From a virus, in the IMG/VR virus record IMGVR_UViG_3300024270_000013, positions 48,575-112,574 of that record: a DNA stretch of 64,000 bases; one strand, 5' to 3'. Positions 61,836 to 64,000 of the stretch are shown piece by piece. Position 1 is the first letter of the stretch, and every line of letters starts with the position of its first letter. The translations under genes were made by a program, and so were the position numbers. The notes under the pieces are model-generated. The model ran no database searches. It was not told the origin of the DNA and was given only the letters and a program-made list of their open reading frames with translations.

Positions 61836-63575
61836 TTAGAAATAGTATTTCTGTTCTCCTACAATTTCGTAATCTTCAATAATAATTTGTGGACTTACAA
61901 TACCATTCCATATGTTGCGTTCACACTTGCCCACAACATTGATGGTTATACAACCAGTTTCAGAGTGTAATTTTTCATACTCCTCTTGTGACGACTTGAA
62001 TTTGATTAAACTCGTACCATTTGGTAAGGTTATCTTTAGAGTAGGACTCTTGTCTGGTGACATAAGAACAATATTATCTTTATGTAGATTGATATGTTCG
62101 ATGGCAACCAGAGGTTCATCTACTCCTTGGCCCCATAAAGATTTGAGTTCAGCAATTTCCACAATGTCTTTTCCTCTGAAATCATCACCGTGGAAAATGA
62201 AATCAACCTTATAACAAGGGGTAAAGTCAAAATCTGCCAAAGCGTGATTGGAGTAATTTACAAATTGAGTAAAGTTTGCATCAGTGATACCAACACCCAA
62301 TGCGTTGGCGTGACCTTCTGCATACATTACCAATTCACTATCTTTCAAAAACTCACGGAGGTTATCAAATTTCGATTTATCGTATCCTCTTCCTGAACCC
62401 TCCCAGCCATCTTCTGTCTTATTAAGTAGAAGTACTGGGCGTTGATATTTCGCCATTAGCTGGTTTGCAATCAAACCAGTAAGGTTTTTATCGGCCGCAA
62501 AAGTATCTAATTTGATAGCCAAAATCTTATTCTCTAACAGATTTTTCTCTTTGATTATGCGTTCAATTGTCTCCAAGGCTGCGTCTCTTGCTTTTGTTTG
62601 CCTATTTTTGATGTTAGTGCAATTACGACAAGCCTGTTCTACTCTCGTCTCCTGCTGACCCTTACATCCTCTTTTGGTTGATGGGACTAGTTCATATCCC
62701 CGATAGTCAAGCATAGACTCGAATAGCATGAGCTTTTCTTCCTGCGTTCCCATTCTTATCGTGGCATTTACATAGGGAGCAATATAAAAAGCTACTCCAA
62801 TAGGACTGATACCGTCTTTCAACGAATATGCTTGTTTGTCTACCATTCCCTTGAAGTATGGATTGCGAATATTCTCGAGTCCTCGCGTGATAAGGTGTCT
62901 CGTTTCAAAATCGCGTAGATCCATCATGTCGGCCACCATTCCGAGTGCGACCAAATCTAAAAACTGATCTGCATAATCAACATTCATAAGCTCGTCGATA
63001 TAGGAACAGAATTTATATACCATTCCGACACCAGACAAAGACTTAGTGGGATAATCACACAGCTGATTGTTGATAATACAGGCGTGTTCTGAGATACTAT
63101 CTGCTTCGTGGTGGTCAATTACCAGCACATCCACGCCTTTTTCAGCCAATGTCTTATGCTCTTCATAATCATTGGAACTTGAGTCGGGCGCAATCACTAA
63201 CTTGACATCTGCGGGAACAGTATCAAGAATAATGCCGTGCTGTTTCCCCGTATGGATACGATAATATACATTGTTCTACACAAAACCGGGGAATAGACAA
63301 TTCAGATAGTTGATAAGGGCGGCCGCACTTGTATAACCATCACAGTCGCTATCAATCTGAATTAGAACTTTGTCATTTTGTGCGATATGTTTGATGAGAA
63401 GTTTTACACCCTCTTGGATATTCATAAGAATTTTTGGGTCTAAAATATCTGCATCAGTAGTATGTAGATAGTGTTCTACATTCGCCGGTACAATGCCCCG
63501 GTTGGCAAGTACCTATTCGACCGCTGTTAGCTATTTCTCCAGCGGGATATTAGGTACAATAAGTTGATACTCCAT
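61836..63575 (-). CDS. recJ: RecJ-like DHH-family single-strand DNA exonuclease, about 579 aa, with 3 in-frame TAG in the N-terminal part.
   Basis: DHH motif VIDHHE. Upstream, in frame across TAGs, the DHH motif I …IQIDSDCDGYTSAAAL…. RBS AGGAGG before ATG 63575. Confidence 0.7.
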
Positions 63576-63616
63576 AAAGTATTCAACCTCCTTTCATGTA
63601 GATCACCACTAACTTA

Positions 63617-63973
63617 TTATATGAATTTTGCTTCAATTTCTTCATCCTCTCTCGTCCAGTCATAAGAGGAAGGAAGATAAAAACGAAATGATTGATAAGG
63701 CATAGCCTTAGTTGCTGGCTTAATAATGGTGTTGATTGCTTCTTGAGAAATGCGGCGGTCGATATAAGACACATTTGCCGAGTGACCTCGTCCGCTATCC
63801 GAGGCGCGCACAACTCTCCAAATATCATCATTATCGAATAAAATCCAAGAGCCTGCAGATTTACTAATTACTCGTCTTATTGGTTTAATATCCATTCGAG
63901 CATACTGCTCTTCAATTTCAAGTAATTTTTCATTCGCCCCATCACTTTCATAGGCCCAAATAATTCCTCTCAT
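63617..63973 (-). CDS. Hypothetical protein (118 aa)
   Basis: ATG 63973 preceded by GAGGT. Ends at a TAA TAA double stop. Confidence 0.45.
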   Translation of the reverse strand: MRGIIWAYESDGANEKLLEIEEQYARMDIKPIRRVISKSAGSWILFDNDDIWRVVRASDSGRGHSANVSYIDRRISQEAINTIIKPATKAMPYQSFRFYLPSSYDWTREDEEIEAKFI

Positions 63974-64000
63974 AGCTGGAACCTCGGTTTACTACTAATT

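Noticed and set aside
1-64000. Possibility that TGA, rather than TAG, or both are recoded.
   Set aside because: Several well-delimited genes end at TGA followed by the next gene's RBS and start (19187-21739, 24190-24540, 43595-44302, 44756-45394, 50805-51299). No long frame is interrupted by TGA.
1-64000. CRISPR arrays, integrase or attachment sites, and transposases.
   Set aside because: No direct-repeat and spacer architecture and no recombinase-like ORFs were seen. The window is entirely phage structural and replication genes.

Overview
This window is a contiguous stretch of a tailed-phage (or prophage) genome with two oppositely oriented modules. The composition is AT-rich, GC roughly 35-40% by eye. 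Gene expression signals look Firmicutes-like: GGAGG-type ribosome binding sites, several perfect sigma-70 consensus promoters, and many rho-independent terminators.

Positions 1-48230 (+ strand) hold the late/structural module. It contains a putative major tail protein, assembly proteins, a giant tape-measure protein of about 3120 aa, a 1976-aa baseplate/fibre protein, and a battery of tail-fibre/adhesin genes. One of these is 2225 aa and ends in a BspA-type leucine-rich repeat. A cluster of unusual small genes is embedded among the fibres.

Positions 48339-64000 (- strand) hold the lysis and replication module: a holin-like protein, RuvC, dUTPase, anaerobic ribonucleotide reductase NrdD/NrdG, a guanylate-kinase-like nucleotide kinase, DnaE-type DNA polymerase III alpha, a RecD/Dda-like helicase, a secreted lysozyme-like protein and a RecJ-like DHH exonuclease.

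The dominant observation is genome-wide reassignment of the amber codon. Almost every long gene is one reading frame interrupted only by TAG, never by TAA or TGA. Conserved domains continue across the TAGs. All genes terminate with TAA or TGA. TAGs sit in Gln-rich contexts. This implies TAG is decoded as an amino acid, most likely Gln, as described for recoded gut phages.

The supplied ORF track splits these genes at every TAG, so most CDS coordinates below were re-derived by reading across TAG. No tRNA, CRISPR array, integrase or rRNA was recognised in the window. A suppressor tRNA(CUA) is expected elsewhere in the genome.
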